Assembly: GCF_018977255.1 (NCBI RefSeq)
Contig: NW_024704760.1
Location: forward strand, 1,922,001 to 1,986,000
DNA: 64,000 nt
Source: Callorhinchus milii
Taxonomy: Eukaryota
Direction: 5' to 3'
Below the pieces are notes generated by a model that saw nothing but the letters and a program-made list of their open reading frames with translations, was not told the DNA's origin and did not search any database. The position numbers and the translations under genes are program-made. How positions within the stretch are numbered: position 1 is the first letter of the stretch; every line of letters starts with the position of its first letter. Below, in pieces: positions 54,951 through 64,000 of this stretch.

Positions 54951-57696
54951 ATTCAGCAATAAGGCATTTTCTGGTTAGGGTTTTTCCCAGTACACTGGGT
55001 TTTCCAGCTTTGTCACTGGGTTTTCCAGCTATTGGTGGCAATAGCTTCACACCAAAGCTTCAATTACTGGCACCAATCTCGCTCGAGGTGTACGGAATGA
55101 CGCTCGATCACAGAACCAACGAACGGAACCCAATGAAACAGTCCACGTTCGAAACAAAGCACTATTTAAAAATAAGCAGCAGAGTCACAGTGTGGCATCA
55201 AAAAACCCAAATAAATCAATAAATACAAGTCCACAAAAAAGATTGCACTCTCCATGCAACGATAATCATTCCAAATGAACAAAGAAAGCTTCTCTCACCA
55301 TTGTCAAAACGTTTCTCTACCCTTATTTTCCCGTTTGTACCAGCACATGCAAGCAATCTGCATTTCACTTCAAATACCCCAATATTCCCGCAATACAGTA
55401 CATTGTTCGTCTGGCATCAATACCAGCTTGTGACATTGACAACTAAGCCAGTATGTGCTAAAACAGCTTTATAGATGTACTCCCTGTACCAGAAAGGAAT
55501 CTTTCGCTCGACAATATGAACTTACTTTCAGTTTAATCTAAATTTCTACAAGAATGAAAGGTTGGGATGAGGAATTGATTTCATCCTGCCAGAAAACTGA
55601 CCCTGATATCTTCCCGTTCATGCTTGTATATTGGGACACGGTGTGATGTGATGACCGGCTATTTGGTGGTAGATACACAAAGTGATATTTTGTGTACGTT
55701 CAAGGTCGCATCACAAAATAGGAGTTTCGGTTGTACCATGAGAATTAAAGCAATGTACATCTTAAACACATTTAGGATAATTACTCAATGTCACTTATAA
55801 ACAAGGTCCGATTGGATTTTAAAAAAAATGCTCAAACAAGCCTGGATATAATGTCTCAAGCCTTTATCCAGGTTTCTATAGAAAAGCAAAGGGTTTAGCC
55901 TCGGAGGGTGTGCTGTCTTGGAGATTGTCTTAGGCTTCCGCACATGTCCTGTAACCCTTGGATCCTCCAACGACAAATGCGACAACTCAAATTCTGCATC
56001 AACCTTCTCTCCACAAAGACATGAATTGGAGATAGTGTCCAACACAGCAACGGGCAGGCCTAATAAAGATCTGGCTTCCCCCCCAAAAAGGGAGGGCTTC
56101 CTTCCAAGCAACACATCTTGGTCGTTCAAAGGAAAGGTGCAAACGTTCATCAACAGAGAAGGCTGTGGGCTTGGTGGCATCTCGTAACGGACAAAAGAAA
56201 AAGTTAGTGGTTCGGGAGAACCCTTCAGACGGCAAGCTCCGAGGTTCATTTTCTTTTTAAGAAATAAAGAAATGTGCTGCGTTTCCGTCATTAATTATCG
56301 TCAGCTGCATTCGGAGCAAATGGTATCACCTAACCTCGCGCAGTACCGTTCACCCACCGGAGGAAGGAATGCCGGACACACTCGCTGTACAAATGCAGGT
56401 CCGACCAACAAGTCTGGTCAAGAATACTAAGAGCTTTCCACCAGATAATAGCAAGCCGAAAAAGAACCCAATGTTATAGGGTTATTCTTCCCCACAGACG
56501 CGCACACACACTCACGCGCATGCCCGCACGTCTCAATTGGGGGAGGAGAGACGAGGAGAAAGAATTCATTCTACAAACTCATAGAAAACACAAGAGCTCG
56601 ATTTAAGAATAAGTGACTGTGTTGTATCAAGACGTTACCCAGTTGTGTTTTCGTATGGAAGAGATTCAGAGCAACGGGTTGTGCGTTCTACAGGTTGAAG
56701 GTCGCCTTGTGCATAGGAAACCCATAGTGTTCACCTTGGCCCCAAAACAAGTGCACACAGTCTATTTCGTCACTTAAAAAGTTTTTTTTTATATATATAT
56801 ATATAAATAAGCTTTTTTTTTGTTGTTAAAAGTTACATGTTTGGAGGGCTGGTAGGTGGTGGTGGTGGTGGTGGGAAAGGAACAGGTTCAAACTTTAAAA
56901 AAAGTACCACTAGGATGATTGAATAAAACTCCTCCCCTCCAAAAAAAAAACTTTTAAAATGATTCCGAGCCAAGGCAGGACAGGATCGACCTCTTACAAT
57001 GCAAGGATCTCCCCGCCTTCTGTTTAGCAAGAGAAGCGAACGCGAGGCGTGTGTTGGAACCTGCCCGATTCCTCAACTGACTTTTCACATGATGCTTGAG
57101 GGAGTGTCTTCACAGAGTCCGCAGTTGCCAGGCTCAGTGGCCTTCACTCTCCTCTCTACAAGGACAGCAAACCCGGAGTGTTGGATGTTTCTCGGTTGCT
57201 TGAGGTAGCCAATCGCTGGGGTACAGATGAAGGGCAGCCACAGTCACAGCGCCTCGGGGAACGCAACGGTAGCTCTCGAGAACAGGTCAACCGGTCGTAT
57301 GATACGCCACAGGTAGGTATCCAACCTCGCAACCTTCCTATTCTCCCCTCACTCCCCCCCCCTCCCCCCCCACCCCACCACCAGACGGTCTGTCACCTCG
57401 ACCGAAAAGTCGCCCCCCCCCCCCCTCCCCAAGAGAGGCGGCCACCACTTTGCAAATAAGTTACACGTCACCGGAAAAAAAAAAAGCAAGGACGGACGCC
57501 GAGAGCAGATGCCGCGGTCTGTGCGCGCAATAGAAAGGGGTGAAGACTTGAGAGGCTATCTGCGTCTAACGCCTAATAAAGACAATGTGGTTAACGCTGG
57601 CAGGTACTCTAGCATTCTACGGGCGTCCAGTTCTATTAAAACTCAGACCTCCTGCAGGGCGAAGATTTTCATCCGCTGTTAAAAAAAAAGGCAGCT

Positions 57697-63397
<5,701 letters not shown>

Positions 63398-63529
63398 CTG
63401 GAATGGAGAATAACGCAACAAAACACCAAACATACATACGTCAGTGCCACAGGGGGACCCGGGTTGCAAATACCCAGGGGAGCCACGTACGTTTATACCA
63501 TAAAGCGGAACCGTTAAGAGGGTTCCCTG

Positions 63530-63670
63530 CGTCCTGGTGGATAAAACGTTTCGCACCGCAAAAAGTACGGTCGATTCGCTTTACGCTGTACACTGTGAAG
63601 CGCTTTGAGACGTCTCGAAGACGTGATGAGGCGCTGTATCAAATGCAAGGATTATTATTATTATTATTAT
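63530..63670 (+). mobile_element. 5'-truncated SINE
   Basis: GTGAAGCGCTTTGAGACGTCTCGAAGACGTGATGAGGCGC...(ATT)n. Confidence 0.75.
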
Positions 63671-64000
63671 TAAGTGCATACCTCCCACTCCACACACATC
63701 CACACACACACACACACGCACAGATGATTAAATGTGCTCTGTAGATACAGACGAACGTACAAACTGCTGACCCCGCAGCCTCTAAACCCTTGTCATTTCG
63801 AAGGAGGAACATCCAACAACAGCAGCCACAGCAACTTGCACTTATATAGCGCCCCCTCATGCAGAGTAGCGTCCCAGAGCGATCCCGTTGGGGGTCAGTC
63901 CTATGAATACTAACTGCTGTACTCGCCCTTAGATGTGACTCAGGTTATTATTTTTGTTTGGTGAACACTGACCCTGTGACAAGGCTTCCCCAAAGAGCTC

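Overview
Vertebrate genomic DNA, very likely a cartilaginous fish (probably a holocephalan such as the elephant shark; inferred from the repeat families, not proven). Four spliced genes were reconstructed by hand from GT-AG sites and phase continuity. (1) A plus-strand two-V-domain pIgR/CD300-family receptor with an uncharged TM segment and two ITIM-type motifs (1182-5492, 7 exons, 359 aa). (2) AHCYL1/IRBIT on the minus strand (41154-11093, 17 exons, 589 aa, long N-terminus). (3) A single mu-class GST on the minus strand (51153-44130, 8 exons, 219 aa). (4) The last 8 coding exons of AMPD2 on the minus strand (63397-57697). The order AMPD2-GSTM-AHCYL1 matches human 1p13.3, but there is no room for EPS8L3 or CSF1. 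Roughly 50 copies of a tRNA-Val-headed, Deu-domain, L2-tailed SINE plus L2, CR1 and Penelope remnants fill the introns, and there is one 162-N gap. Best leads: an in-frame chain of cryptic alternative N-terminal exons in AHCYL1 intron 1; the identity of the pIgR-like receptor at this locus; a pre-miRNA-like hairpin at 38129-38196; an intronic NF-Y/NRF1/Sp1/2xZNF143 promoter cluster; a CRE-multiplying tandem repeat upstream of AHCYL1; and a Penelope palindrome with a degenerate hammerhead ribozyme in an AMPD2 intron. No prokaryotic-type system is present. Repeat boundaries are approximate and family names come from recall, not from a search.
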